Origin: a virus
Lineage: Duplodnaviria > Caudoviricetes
IMG/VR virus record: IMGVR_UViG_3300032245_000902
Location: 1-64,000 of that record
Direction: 5' to 3' (one strand)
Length of the DNA stretch: 64,000 bases
The translations under genes were made by a program, and so were the position numbers. The notes under the pieces are model-generated. The model was not told the DNA's origin. It did not search any database and saw only the letters and a program-made list of their open reading frames with translations. Of the stretch, positions 27,615-38,588 are shown piece after piece (the first letter of the stretch is position 1; the number at the start of each line of letters is the position of its first letter).

Positions 27615-28536
27615 CTTTTTAGGCAAAGACGGATTTAATTGGTGGTACGGTGTCGTTGAGGACAATGCTGATCCTCTAAAGACTGGCCGTGTGCGTGTTC
27701 GTATATTTGGTTATCATACTGACAACTTACAAGAGTTACCCACTAAAGATTTACCATGGGCTCAACCATCGTTATCACCTAGTAATTCAAAGACATTTAG
27801 TCCACCACGATTAGGTGATTATGTGATGGGATTCTTTTCTGATGGTGAATCCGCACAGGCACCAGTTATCATGGGTGTATTTCCTGGTTTTGAAACATCT
27901 TATGATAAATCAAAAGGGTTTTCACCACAAAGTAATTTAAAACCTGCAACACCACCAACAGGTCAAATACAATATCAAGTGGGTCAACCAACATTGGCAC
28001 CATTGGCACGAGGTGTTGTGGCTAATACCGCCATCTCACAGGCGAATTCTAATTTGGCTCATGTGTGTGATATACCGGCAGGTATCAAGTTTGAAATTGC
28101 AAAATTAACAATATCAGTAAGTGGTTTGATTAATACATTACGAACAACAATTGAAGGTTTATGGGCATCATCTACTGCTTCACCATTTGTAGATGAGATT
28201 CGTAATGCCATCAAAACAATTAAAGCAAAAGTAAAACAAATACAAAAGTTTATTCGTGACCAATTAGAACCATTAAAAGATATACAGGCATTTATACAAT
28301 CATTAAGAGATTTGATTCAATATATTGCCACACTACCAACACGAATTGCTGCTTTTCTAAAACAATGTTTGAGTGAAGCAACGAAAGGTATTTCTGATGC
28401 AATTAATGTTGGTAAAGATATTGCTAAAGAAATAGAAGGCATTCGTCAAGACCAATTAGCGGTTGTTCTGGATAAACAATTATCTATTGAAAATGAAAAA
28501 GCATCATCACCAGTGAAAAATTTTGAGAAACCATAA
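27607..28536 (+). CDS. 5: Central spike gp5, N-terminal part (OB fold plus helical domain)
   Basis: WW.GVVED..DP...GRVRVRIFG.H, LP...LPWA, V.GFF.DG..AQ.P.IMG. Confidence 0.88.
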   Translation: MNNFLGKDGFNWWYGVVEDNADPLKTGRVRVRIFGYHTDNLQELPTKDLPWAQPSLSPSNSKTFSPPRLGDYVMGFFSDGESAQAPVIMGVFPGFETSYDKSKGFSPQSNLKPATPPTGQIQYQVGQPTLAPLARGVVANTAISQANSNLAHVCDIPAGIKFEIAKLTISVSGLINTLRTTIEGLWASSTASPFVDEIRNAIKTIKAKVKQIQKFIRDQLEPLKDIQAFIQSLRDLIQYIATLPTRIAAFLKQCLSEATKGISDAINVGKDIAKEIEGIRQDQLAVVLDKQLSIENEKASSPVKNFEKP

Positions 28537-29276
28537 TGACAATATACGCATGGACTGAACCTGAATCAGCAGCTAACACCGATTATCAACCGATATATCC
28601 GTATAATACAATTCAGCAAACTGAAGGGGGCCACTCATTTGAAATGGATGATACGCCAACTCGTGAGCGTGTTCGTATACAACACCGTTCTGGATCATTT
28701 ATTGAAATGCATCCCAATGGTGATGAGGTACACAAGATTATTGGTAAAGGTTATGAAATTATTGCCTCTGATAAAGATGTATTGATTAAAGGCATTTGTA
28801 ATATCACTATACAAGGCGATTCTGTTCTTAATGTTCAAGGTGATGCATACACACAGATTGATGGCAATGCTTACGAGAATATTAAAGGTAGTGTAAAACA
28901 GATTGTGCAAGGTGATTCACGACAGATTGTCAACGGTGATATTGATATTGATGCATCTGGTGACATTAATCTTGGTGCTTCAACAGTTAATATCAATGCA
29001 GACTTGATGGTTCGTGGTGACATTGGTTGTTCACAGTCAATACAGGCTGATGGTAACATTACCGCTAAGATTTCATTGTCGGCCACTAAGTCTGTTGAAA
29101 CGATTGGTTATATGATTGCTGGCACCACGATTGATGCTGGTGTTTCAATGTTTGCACCAATGGTATCTGATTTGTTTGGTTCGGTGCAAATGTTCCGTAT
29201 GAAGGTCAATCAACACGTTCATATTGGCAACAAAGGATTTCCAACTTCACCACCAACTAGACCAATGGAGACATAA
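28536..29276 (+). CDS. 5: Central spike gp5, C-terminal beta-helix part
   Basis: YPYN....T.GGH..E.DDTP..ER....HRSG...E..P.G, 8-residue V/IxG repeats, terminal HVH. Confidence 0.88.
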   Translation: MTIYAWTEPESAANTDYQPIYPYNTIQQTEGGHSFEMDDTPTRERVRIQHRSGSFIEMHPNGDEVHKIIGKGYEIIASDKDVLIKGICNITIQGDSVLNVQGDAYTQIDGNAYENIKGSVKQIVQGDSRQIVNGDIDIDASGDINLGASTVNINADLMVRGDIGCSQSIQADGNITAKISLSATKSVETIGYMIAGTTIDAGVSMFAPMVSDLFGSVQMFRMKVNQHVHIGNKGFPTSPPTRPMET

Positions 29277-30076
29277 TGGGAAGCATATATGGTCGTTTAG
29301 GATTTAATTTTGACACCGCCAACTTTAATGGTGATGATACCCTTACACCTGGTGTTCTGAATTTTCTCAGTAATTCTTCAATTGACTTATCAACATGGCA
29401 AATTGATGATATTGCAAATACTGCTGTAGGTGGTTATTATGAAAATCCGTATAATGATAATATCGGTGAATTAGCTGTTTTTATAACCGGTATTGGTGCA
29501 TATGCTAACACAGAAACTTATGGTTATGATAATCCAGATTTAGCAAACACTATGTCAGCAGTTGTAAACACCGCACAAACAGCACTTACAAATTTTACTA
29601 ATCATACAAACAATCTATCTGGTGTAACACAATCATCCAACACGGCTGCTTATCCTGATTTAAATTCTGGCCTTGGTGTTGGCCGGCAGATATTACAGAT
29701 TGTGAATAAATCAGATGGTGTGCAAAATAATGTGCCAATTCTTGGTAACTTCACGAGCCTGTATGTTGCCAATACAATTGCGGCCTACGCTAATACAATT
29801 CGCAACGATTACATTACATTAGTGGATTCATTCTTTGGTGCAAACAGTAACATATCAAACTCAGCAATGAACACAATTATTTCAGATGTTCAAACATTTA
29901 CCAATGAAATTAATGCACGAACTAGTGGTGACATTACATTTTATACTAATTCATATGAAATATTGAACGAATACTTGTATGTGTTACAATTCTCCAATAC
30001 TGGTGCAACACAAAACAGTTTAATTGAAATTGTTGGCACAGATAAATTAAAAGATGATTTAGGATTGACGACATGA
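29276..30076 (+). CDS. Hypothetical virion-associated protein
   Basis: TAATG-coupled to gp5-C; acidic, Asn/Thr-rich. Confidence 0.7.
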   Translation: MGSIYGRLGFNFDTANFNGDDTLTPGVLNFLSNSSIDLSTWQIDDIANTAVGGYYENPYNDNIGELAVFITGIGAYANTETYGYDNPDLANTMSAVVNTAQTALTNFTNHTNNLSGVTQSSNTAAYPDLNSGLGVGRQILQIVNKSDGVQNNVPILGNFTSLYVANTIAAYANTIRNDYITLVDSFFGANSNISNSAMNTIISDVQTFTNEINARTSGDITFYTNSYEILNEYLYVLQFSNTGATQNSLIEIVGTDKLKDDLGLTT

Positions 30077-30924
30077 GTTATACAATAGCCGTACCTGCAT
30101 CTTCCATTCAAAAGACTTTGGATTACGGAATTCCATCAATCACTTCGGTTTCTGGTGGTGTTGCGGTAGCCAATGATACCGTTACAATCACATCGTCTTA
30201 TCCAAATTTACCAATAGTTGCGGATCCAGCATATGCACAGGCCAATGTGGCCACAGGTATTGCAACATCTAGTTATAGTCAGGCTAATACTGCCACAGGA
30301 ATTGCTGAAGCAGCTTATGCATTTGCAAATACTATTTCCGGTGGAGCTGCTGTAGATAATGTAGCTAGAGTTTTGGCGCAATCAGCTTATAATGCAGCCA
30401 ATTCAGCAAATAGTTATGCAAATACAATAAACTCCACATTAAGCTCTACTGTTATTTTTGTAAATGAATTTGCTCAATCCGCTTATAGTCAAGCCAATAG
30501 TTCATTAACTGCCACAGGAAACACATCAACATCTGTTCAATTTGGTTCTTTTGGTGTTGGAACAACAGCATCAGGTACCACAGGAGAAATTCGAGCTACA
30601 GATAACATTACGGCTTACTATTCTGATGATAGATTGAAAAAAAGATTAGGTATTATAGACAATGCTTTACAAAAAGTCAATACTCTAACTGGATTTTACT
30701 ACGAGGCAAATGAAACTGCACAATCTTTAGGTTATAAACCAAAAAGAGAGGTGGGTTTATCTGCTCAAGAAGTTCAAAAGATCCTTCCAGAAATTGTGGT
30801 TCCCGCACCAATTGATGAACAATATTTAACAATATACTACGAAAAAATTATACCTTTATTGGTCGAGGCAATTAAAGAATTAACTGAAAAAGTAGATAAT
30901 TTAGAAAAAAACATAAAAAGGTAA
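30073..30924 (+). CDS. Short fibre protein with peptidase S74 intramolecular chaperone
   Basis: AQSAYxxAN heptads; ITAYYSDDRLK, VGLSAQEVQKILPE.V, YEK..PLLVEAIKEL. Confidence 0.85.
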   Translation: MSYTIAVPASSIQKTLDYGIPSITSVSGGVAVANDTVTITSSYPNLPIVADPAYAQANVATGIATSSYSQANTATGIAEAAYAFANTISGGAAVDNVARVLAQSAYNAANSANSYANTINSTLSSTVIFVNEFAQSAYSQANSSLTATGNTSTSVQFGSFGVGTTASGTTGEIRATDNITAYYSDDRLKKRLGIIDNALQKVNTLTGFYYEANETAQSLGYKPKREVGLSAQEVQKILPEIVVPAPIDEQYLTIYYEKIIPLLVEAIKELTEKVDNLEKNIKR

Positions 30925-31006
30925 AAATTCGAAATTTTGTGTTCCGGCCCAAAAATTTTTTGGCACGATTTCAAATACTAAAAAAGCGTTTTTACTCCTA
31001 GAGCAG

Positions 31007-31014
31007 AATAAATA
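31007..31014 (+). promoter_or_regulatory. Putative late promoter (AATAAATA) for gp25
   Basis: Ends 5 nt before ATG 31020, so the transcript would be leaderless or nearly so. Confidence 0.5.
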
Positions 31015-31019
31015 AACAA

Positions 31020-31415
31020 ATGGCACTAACAATAACAAAAATATACTCCGATATCGATTTCACTTTTACCAAGAAACCGGTAACGGCCGATGTTGCCCTT
31101 AGTTACGATGACCAAGCGGTCATTCGTTCCATTCGTAACCTATTGTTGACGAATCACTTTGAAAGACCTTTTAATCCAGATTTAGGTTCAAATCTTAATG
31201 CCTTACTGTTTGAAATGGTATCACCTCTAACGGCTGCATCGTTGGAAAGAGAAATCAATACGATGATTGACAATTATGAACCAAGAGCCAGAGTAAATCA
31301 AGTGATTGTGACTCCTCTTCCAGACAATAATGCTTATAATGTATATCTCAGTTTCTATATTGAGAATGCCACATTACCGACAACAGTAACCCTACTTTTA
31401 GAGAGAAATAGATAA
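31020..31415 (+). CDS. 25: Baseplate wedge subunit gp25
   Basis: YSD.D..F, AV.RS.RNL.LT...ERPF.P..GS, I.NYEPR, L.R.R. Confidence 0.95.
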   Translation: MALTITKIYSDIDFTFTKKPVTADVALSYDDQAVIRSIRNLLLTNHFERPFNPDLGSNLNALLFEMVSPLTAASLEREINTMIDNYEPRARVNQVIVTPLPDNNAYNVYLSFYIENATLPTTVTLLLERNR

Positions 31416-31416
31416 A

Positions 31417-33492
31417 ATGGCAGGTGCTAATTCTAATATCCAAATGACCGATTTGGATTTCAATACAATTAAGAATAATCTAAAGACATACTTACAATCG
31501 CAAGATGTATTAAAAGATTATAACTATGAAGGTTCTGCACTTTCTACTTTATTAGATATTCTTGCTTATAATACACAGTATAGTGCATATTATTTGAATC
31601 AAGTGGGTAATGAGATGTTTTTGGACACAGCCATCCAAAGAGGATCAGTCATTTCTCATGCCAAACTATTAAACTATACACCACGGTCAGCCATTGCACC
31701 TACAGCCATAATTGATTTACAAGTAAACCAGGTAACTGGATCTTCGTTGACATTACCAAAGTTTACTCAGTTTATGTCAGAAGCTATTGAAGGTGTAAAC
31801 TATAACTTTGTTACTGCCGATTCATACACAGAAAACACTTCTGGTGGTGTGGTCAACTTTAATAATATCACTTTAAAACAAGGTTTGGCAACAACATTAA
31901 ACTTTACTGTTGATTCTATCAATAACCCATCATATACATTTGAAATACCTGATGAGAATGTAGACACATCAACAATTACTGTTACAGTTCAACAATCATC
32001 TTCAAATGCGGCCTCTGAAGTATATACTTTGGCCACTAATTTCTTGGCACTCACAGGTGATTCTAAAGTATACTTTTTACAAGAGAGTTTAACAAACACC
32101 TATCAAATCTATTTTGGTGATGGTGTTATTGGTAATAAATTAGTTGATGGTAATATTGTAACCGTATCGTATGTGGTAACATCAGGCACTTCTGCGGCTG
32201 ATGCCAATAATTTTGTATTGATGGATTCAATTTCAGGTTATTCAAATACATCTGTTTTCCCTGTAACAGCAGCAACAGCAGGTAACGATAGAGAAACAAT
32301 TGAATCTATTAAATTTCAGGCACCTAAATCTTATGCAGCACAAAATCGTGCCGTTACTAAAAACGATTACATTACCGCCATTCAACAAAATAGTTTAGGT
32401 ATTTCATTTGATGCAGTAAGTGTATGGGGTGGTGAAGAAAATTCTCCTCCTGTATATGGTCAAGTGTTTATTTCTTTAAAGCCAACAGGTGCTTTTAGTT
32501 TAACTCAATCACAGAAACAACAAATTACATCACAAGTTTTAAGTCCTATTTCTGTGGTAACAGTTACACCTACAATTGTTGATCCTGATTATACATACAT
32601 TCTTTTAACAGTTAATGTAGTATATGATCCAAATAAAACAAATCAAACATCAGCACAATTACAATCAGGTATCAAGTCAGCAATACAAGCATTTACAAAT
32701 AATACATTAAATACTTTTAATTCTACATTCAATACTTACGATTTACTGAATACAATCCAAACATACAGTACCTCTGTAATTACTAGTGAATACTCCATGA
32801 AACTGGAGAAAAAGTTTTTACCTAATTTAACCACACCAACAACATATAATCTCTATTATAATACACCACTTCAAGCAGGTCGTTTTTTAAGTGGTGTGGG
32901 TAGTTCACCTGGAATGAGTTTTAGAGATCCAGCTAATTTGGCCAACACGATTGACGGTGTTTATATTGAAGAAGTACCAACATCAACTAATGGAGTTGAA
33001 TCAATTTCGATTTTAAATCCTGGTTTTTCTTATCAAAGCACACCAACAGTTACTATCATGGGTGATGGCACAGGTGCAACTGCAACAGCCAAAATATCTG
33101 GTGGTTCTATACAAAGTGTTACAGTTACCAATTCAGGTAATGGATACACCAGTGCAATTGCAATGGTGACACCGGCTGCCGGTGATACAACAGGTCAATT
33201 AGCATCTCTTGTTGTTAATTTAGAAGGTCGTTACGGCACACTCAGAACATATTATTTTGATGATTCTGGTGTTAAAACTATTTTCAATTCAAATATTGGT
33301 ACAATTGATTATCAAGAGGGTGTCATTACATTGAACTCATTTAATCCACTTACAATCGATAATGATTTTGGTCAACTGTCTATAATGGCCACACCAACTA
33401 CAACAATTGTTTCTTCTTCATACAATCGAATTATTACTGTTGATCCTTTTGATCCAACAGCAATAACCGTTAACGTCACTGCCAAATCATGA
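31417..33492 (+). CDS. 6: Baseplate wedge subunit gp6
   Basis: LDF..IK.NL..YL, LLDILAYNT, NE.FLD.A..R.SV, FGDG..G, QNRAVT..DY, WGGE...PP.YG.V. Confidence 0.95.
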   Translation: MAGANSNIQMTDLDFNTIKNNLKTYLQSQDVLKDYNYEGSALSTLLDILAYNTQYSAYYLNQVGNEMFLDTAIQRGSVISHAKLLNYTPRSAIAPTAIIDLQVNQVTGSSLTLPKFTQFMSEAIEGVNYNFVTADSYTENTSGGVVNFNNITLKQGLATTLNFTVDSINNPSYTFEIPDENVDTSTITVTVQQSSSNAASEVYTLATNFLALTGDSKVYFLQESLTNTYQIYFGDGVIGNKLVDGNIVTVSYVVTSGTSAADANNFVLMDSISGYSNTSVFPVTAATAGNDRETIESIKFQAPKSYAAQNRAVTKNDYITAIQQNSLGISFDAVSVWGGEENSPPVYGQVFISLKPTGAFSLTQSQKQQITSQVLSPISVVTVTPTIVDPDYTYILLTVNVVYDPNKTNQTSAQLQSGIKSAIQAFTNNTLNTFNSTFNTYDLLNTIQTYSTSVITSEYSMKLEKKFLPNLTTPTTYNLYYNTPLQAGRFLSGVGSSPGMSFRDPANLANTIDGVYIEEVPTSTNGVESISILNPGFSYQSTPTVTIMGDGTGATATAKISGGSIQSVTVTNSGNGYTSAIAMVTPAAGDTTGQLASLVVNLEGRYGTLRTYYFDDSGVKTIFNSNIGTIDYQEGVITLNSFNPLTIDNDFGQLSIMATPTTTIVSSSYNRIITVDPFDPTAITVNVTAKS

Positions 33493-36299
33493 CCATTGCT
33501 AACGGCCAAAAAACATCACTACTAATACCATCACAACTTCCCGAATTTGTTCGGGATGAACCTGCGTATGCCAATTTTGTATTATTTCTACAGGCATACT
33601 ATGAATGGTTGGAACAAAATAATAATGTAGAAGATAGAACAAAAAATATTTTAAATTATATCGATATTGACAAAACATCGGCTGAATTTTTAGATTATTT
33701 CTATGAAGATTTTTTATCTTATTTTCCTGATGAAATTCTAGCAGACAAACAAAAGGTTGCTAAAATTGCAAGAGACCTTTATCAATCAAAAGGTACACAG
33801 GCGGCCTATCGTTTTCTTTTCAGAACATTATACAATACTGATGTGGAGTTCTTTTATACCAAAGACGCTGTTCTTCGTGCATCATCAGGTAAATGGTACA
33901 TTGCAAAAAGTTTAAAATTAGATTCAGATAATGTAAGCTTCTTAGATTGTGTCAATTATCGAATCTTTGGTGAAACATCCAAATCTATTGCAACAATTGA
34001 AAATGCAATTATTTCTGGTAACAAAATAGAAGTATTCATTTCTGATATTCAACGACTGTTTCAGTCTGGTGAGTTTGTTCGTGTAGTTGATGTTAATAAT
34101 CAAGATATATTATTTGATGGTCAACCACTCATTGCAAAAATTGTAGGTCAGATTAGTCAAATTCGTATCAACCCAAATTATCGTGGTCTATTATATCAAC
34201 CAGGCGATCCAGTTATTGTGTATGGAGGATTAAATTCGGCTAATGGTGAAGGTGCTACGGCTACTGTAAATGAGACCACTTCTGGATCACTTCAACGTAT
34301 TAAATTGGAATTTGGAGGTTATGGTTATCGTAATAATCCAAACACTATCATTACATTAACAAATGCACCAGGTGCGATTGTTACTGTTAATGGTTTAAAT
34401 CCTGCGGCTAATGGTGTTGCCAATGTTACTTTTGTACCAACAGATGTTATTTCTTTAAAACGATTAACACAGATAGGTGCTGCAGATTATGTTTTCTCTA
34501 ATGTGGCTTTAGCTAATGCAAACACCACTTTGGCCAATGCATTTACATATACTGGATTTTCTGCATTTCCTATTTCTTCTGTTTTAGTAGAAAATTCCGG
34601 CGGAGGAATTTCTTCTATACCATCAGTTGAGGCCACATCACAATATACAACTGATGTGTCAGGTAGTTTAGCTAACCTGAAAAATTTAGGTATTTTGGCA
34701 CCAATACAGATTATTTCTGCAGGCCAAGGTTATCAAAACAATGATATTATTTTATTTGCTGGTGGTTCTGGACTAGGAGCCAATGCCAAAGTAAGTTCTG
34801 TAGGAAGTAATGGACAAATATTATCTGTTGAATATACATACCCATCACAGAGATTGACCTATCCATTAGGTGGACTAGGTTATCGTGCTGGCGCTTTGCC
34901 GGTTGTAACAGTATCATCTGCAAATGTGGCGGCCGCTAATGCTGTATTGGTAGTTCCTGGAATATTAGGTGATGGAGCAACTTTCTCATCAATTGTGGAT
35001 CGTGTTGGTTCAATTACATCAATTAATATTTTAAATGCTGGTGAAGATTATGTAGCTACACCAAATGTTTCACTTAAAATTCAAGACATTGTTGTAGCCA
35101 ATTTAACAATTAATACTGTGCCTGTTGCCGGTGATATTGTATATCAAGGTGTAACATTAGCCAACTCAACTTATCAAGCTACAGTAGATTCAACTTCATT
35201 ACTAGCGCCTTTTGGTGATCCATTACAATCACTATACCGTTTAAGAGTATATGGTTATACATCATCTCCTAATCCAAGTCAAGTTATCCGTATTGCGAAT
35301 AGTTCAACTATAATGTCTATGACTGGTACCTATTCAGCCATCAATACTGCAACACGATTTGATTCTACAGGTTTAATTACATATGGTGATGGTACTGCTC
35401 GTGCAGATGCCTCATTCTTAAATGGTCTGGTAATTAGTCAAGGACAATACCTCGATACAACTGGTCAACCAAGTTCATTTGATGTTCTACAAAGTGAAAT
35501 CTATAACAATTTTACATATCAAATTACATTAGAAAAAGAAATTGCAAAGTATAGAGATACATTGCTGAATTTACTACATCCAACCGGTATGAAGGTCATT
35601 GGTCGGTATGCAATGAAATCTAATGATGCAATTGATTTGACCACCGTTTCAGCATTAGACACAGGTTTCCCATTAGGTTATTATACTGGAGATCCTGGTT
35701 CTTATGTAACCATGTCATCTACATGGAACAATTATAGTAATAACATTGTTAACTTTAAATCACTTGTTGGTGCCAACTTAGAAAACATTGTATTACCAAA
35801 TAGTAGTCTGTCTATTACATTGACCAACGGATTCCAAATATTCTCTGAAGTGTCTGAGATTTATGGTAACGGAGCCAACAATGTTGTTCTCAGAGATAAT
35901 GTTTGGTTAACCTATGCAAATGTTGCTTATGTGACAGCAAATGCTGGCAGTAACGTCATAAATATAACATCATTGACAGGTTCTTATAACATTGTTAACG
36001 GTGGCGCTTACAGTAATACACAGTATCCACTCAAAGATATCGTGTTTGCTGGTGATAAAGTGTTGGTAGCTAACAATACTGAAAAAACGGTACAAAGTGT
36101 TAACTGGACTGGTGGTACAGTTACTTTGACCAGTAATTTGGCCAACACAGTTAATTCATTAATGTCGGTACAGAGAACAGTTAATACAACAGATGTCATT
36201 ATATACGGACCTGTTGGCCAACAATATTCACCTGAGTTAATCACACAGGATGGAGATACAATTGCAACACAAGATAACAACGTCATTATACTAGGGTAA
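33489..36299 (+). CDS. 7: Baseplate wedge initiator gp7-like
   Basis: SQLPEFV....F..FL.AYYEWLE, Y.SKGT......LFR.LY, LLHPTG; follows gp6. Confidence 0.75.
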   Translation: MTIANGQKTSLLIPSQLPEFVRDEPAYANFVLFLQAYYEWLEQNNNVEDRTKNILNYIDIDKTSAEFLDYFYEDFLSYFPDEILADKQKVAKIARDLYQSKGTQAAYRFLFRTLYNTDVEFFYTKDAVLRASSGKWYIAKSLKLDSDNVSFLDCVNYRIFGETSKSIATIENAIISGNKIEVFISDIQRLFQSGEFVRVVDVNNQDILFDGQPLIAKIVGQISQIRINPNYRGLLYQPGDPVIVYGGLNSANGEGATATVNETTSGSLQRIKLEFGGYGYRNNPNTIITLTNAPGAIVTVNGLNPAANGVANVTFVPTDVISLKRLTQIGAADYVFSNVALANANTTLANAFTYTGFSAFPISSVLVENSGGGISSIPSVEATSQYTTDVSGSLANLKNLGILAPIQIISAGQGYQNNDIILFAGGSGLGANAKVSSVGSNGQILSVEYTYPSQRLTYPLGGLGYRAGALPVVTVSSANVAAANAVLVVPGILGDGATFSSIVDRVGSITSINILNAGEDYVATPNVSLKIQDIVVANLTINTVPVAGDIVYQGVTLANSTYQATVDSTSLLAPFGDPLQSLYRLRVYGYTSSPNPSQVIRIANSSTIMSMTGTYSAINTATRFDSTGLITYGDGTARADASFLNGLVISQGQYLDTTGQPSSFDVLQSEIYNNFTYQITLEKEIAKYRDTLLNLLHPTGMKVIGRYAMKSNDAIDLTTVSALDTGFPLGYYTGDPGSYVTMSSTWNNYSNNIVNFKSLVGANLENIVLPNSSLSITLTNGFQIFSEVSEIYGNGANNVVLRDNVWLTYANVAYVTANAGSNVINITSLTGSYNIVNGGAYSNTQYPLKDIVFAGDKVLVANNTEKTVQSVNWTGGTVTLTSNLANTVNSLMSVQRTVNTTDVIIYGPVGQQYSPELITQDGDTIATQDNNVIILG

Positions 36300-36302
36300 T
36301 AA

Positions 36303-38576
36303 ATGTCTACAGTAAAAATAACAGACCTGCCAGTCATATCACATTTAAATGCCGATACGGCTAACACCATATTTGTTGGTGTGGATTTGCCTACGGATGT
36401 AACAGGAAGAATTTCTGCATCTGTCCTTGCAGACGGCCTGTATGAAAACAAAGCTCTTAAAGTTGGTTTACCTGATATTATATTTCCAAATGTAATTGCA
36501 CAATTTGCTGGTTCAGGTAATCCATATCTACAAGTTAATGCACAGAATACTGATAAAAACAGTTCAATGGATTATGTGGCAACGGCAGACATTGGTACAA
36601 CTGCCAATAACTTTATTGATATGGGTATTAATAATTCATTGTATAATGATTCAAATTTTTCTGCACAAAAAGCCTTAGATGGTTATTTGTATGTTCACGG
36701 TTCAGTCGATTCATCTTCCGATGGTAATTTAATTATTGGTACCATATCATCTGGTGCCAATGTGGTCTTTGCTGTAGGCGGTCAAAAGTCTGCCAATGTT
36801 GTGGCTACTATTTCTCGTTATGGTCTTTCAATGAATGGTGCAAGTTACATTAAATTTGCTGATGGTTCTATTCAGTCTGTGGCGGCTGCACCATCAAATT
36901 ATGCACAATCCGCATTTGATAAAGCTAATACCGCATCAGCCAATACAATTATTACACAAGGTGTTGATGCGACTCAGAATACAAACATTACTGCCGTAAA
37001 TAACTATGCGGCTAACGCTTACACCAAAGCCAATACTAATGCCATTGATATTACAGTAATTCAAGGTGTTGACCTTGCTCAAAATACTAAAATTGGTGCT
37101 GTGGAAACATATGCTAGTTCTGCTTACGCTAAAGCAAATACTAATGCTGATGCCATAACTGTAATTCAAGGTGTTGATAATACCCAAAATACCAATATTA
37201 CTAATGTTAATACATTTGCTCAGTCTGGATACAACCAAGCCAATGCTGCAACAGCTTCTGCTCAATCTGCATACAACACTGCCAATAACGCTTCTTCTAA
37301 TACCATCTACACCCAAGGTGTTGATGCAACACAGAACACCAACATTACTGCGGTTAACAACTATGCAGCCTCTGGTTATGCTAAGGCAAATACAGCAGTT
37401 CAAAACACCGCAATTGTTCAATTACAATCATTGACCCTTACAGGTAATTTGATTGCCAATTCTGTTGGACAAAGTATTTCTGTTGATAATTTTACTTCTA
37501 ATACTGCAATATTTAATAGAAATTTAATTGTTCAAGGTACAATTACTGCCAATACTTTGTTAGGTAATGTATTTTTCTCAAACGTAACCACAGTAACAAC
37601 CCAAGCAAATAGTATTCAATGGTTTGCACAAACACAATCGCCATCACAAACTGATGGTCAAGTATGGTATTCTGCGAATACTATTTCTTTGATACAAGAT
37701 ACTGATGTTGCTGGAGATAGACCTGCAATTTCTAAAGTGTTGTTTGAGAGAGTTTATAATAATACAGGTTCAGCAATTCCAAATAGTTCTTGGGTTCGAT
37801 TGGCTGGTGGTGTAACTTCAAATTCTGTTCCATTCATTCAATTAGCTGATGCAACTTCAGCTGCCAATTCACAAGTTGAAGGATTTATTAAAGTAGGAAT
37901 TGCAGCCGGTGCGTATGGTTTTGTATACACCAGAGGTATTGTTGAGGGTATGGATGCATCTGCTTTTGGAACCAATGGTCAATTATTATTCCTATCAACC
38001 ACTCCTGGCCAAGCAAGCAACATTGCACCAACTGAAGCCAACTCTGTTGTTTCTGTTGCTAAAATTCTTTCAAACGGTTCTGCCAACGGCAAACTACAAA
38101 TTGCAGTTCAATCATTACAAGCTTATGGTAAACCCAACGGCGCCATTTTATTTTCTAACAATAACTTAATTCAAGCAAGTAATACATTATTCATTAATGA
38201 ATCTCTTGGTCAATTAAATGTTTCAAGTATGGTATATGCAGCTAACGGAATTATTAATAGGTCAAATACATACACCGGTACACAAACTGCAATTACAGTT
38301 AATATGACCACAGAAACATGGGTGAGAGCTACTGTTGGTGCATCATTAACTATTACACCAACAGGATTTGGTCCAGGTTATGAAACAGAAGTGGTGATTA
38401 TTAATCCTAATACTGGTGGTGGCGCAGCAAGAACAATTACTCATGGATGTTCTGCAACCAATTCATCGGTTGGTGCAACGACATTCTCTTTGGGTGGCAC
38501 AACAACTGCTTTTGTTAAATACTATTCTTTCGATGGTGATTTAGCAAACACCTATGCTAAGATATCCTACAGCTAA
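36303..38576 (+). CDS. Baseplate-associated fibre / structural protein
   Basis: KITDLP start, QGVDxxQNT and AYxxAN repeats shared with other fibres, G.....G.L.LS.TPG head domain. Confidence 0.75.
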   Translation: MSTVKITDLPVISHLNADTANTIFVGVDLPTDVTGRISASVLADGLYENKALKVGLPDIIFPNVIAQFAGSGNPYLQVNAQNTDKNSSMDYVATADIGTTANNFIDMGINNSLYNDSNFSAQKALDGYLYVHGSVDSSSDGNLIIGTISSGANVVFAVGGQKSANVVATISRYGLSMNGASYIKFADGSIQSVAAAPSNYAQSAFDKANTASANTIITQGVDATQNTNITAVNNYAANAYTKANTNAIDITVIQGVDLAQNTKIGAVETYASSAYAKANTNADAITVIQGVDNTQNTNITNVNTFAQSGYNQANAATASAQSAYNTANNASSNTIYTQGVDATQNTNITAVNNYAASGYAKANTAVQNTAIVQLQSLTLTGNLIANSVGQSISVDNFTSNTAIFNRNLIVQGTITANTLLGNVFFSNVTTVTTQANSIQWFAQTQSPSQTDGQVWYSANTISLIQDTDVAGDRPAISKVLFERVYNNTGSAIPNSSWVRLAGGVTSNSVPFIQLADATSAANSQVEGFIKVGIAAGAYGFVYTRGIVEGMDASAFGTNGQLLFLSTTPGQASNIAPTEANSVVSVAKILSNGSANGKLQIAVQSLQAYGKPNGAILFSNNNLIQASNTLFINESLGQLNVSSMVYAANGIINRSNTYTGTQTAITVNMTTETWVRATVGASLTITPTGFGPGYETEVVIINPNTGGGAARTITHGCSATNSSVGATTFSLGGTTTAFVKYYSFDGDLANTYAKISYS

Positions 38577-38588
38577 TAAATACATACT

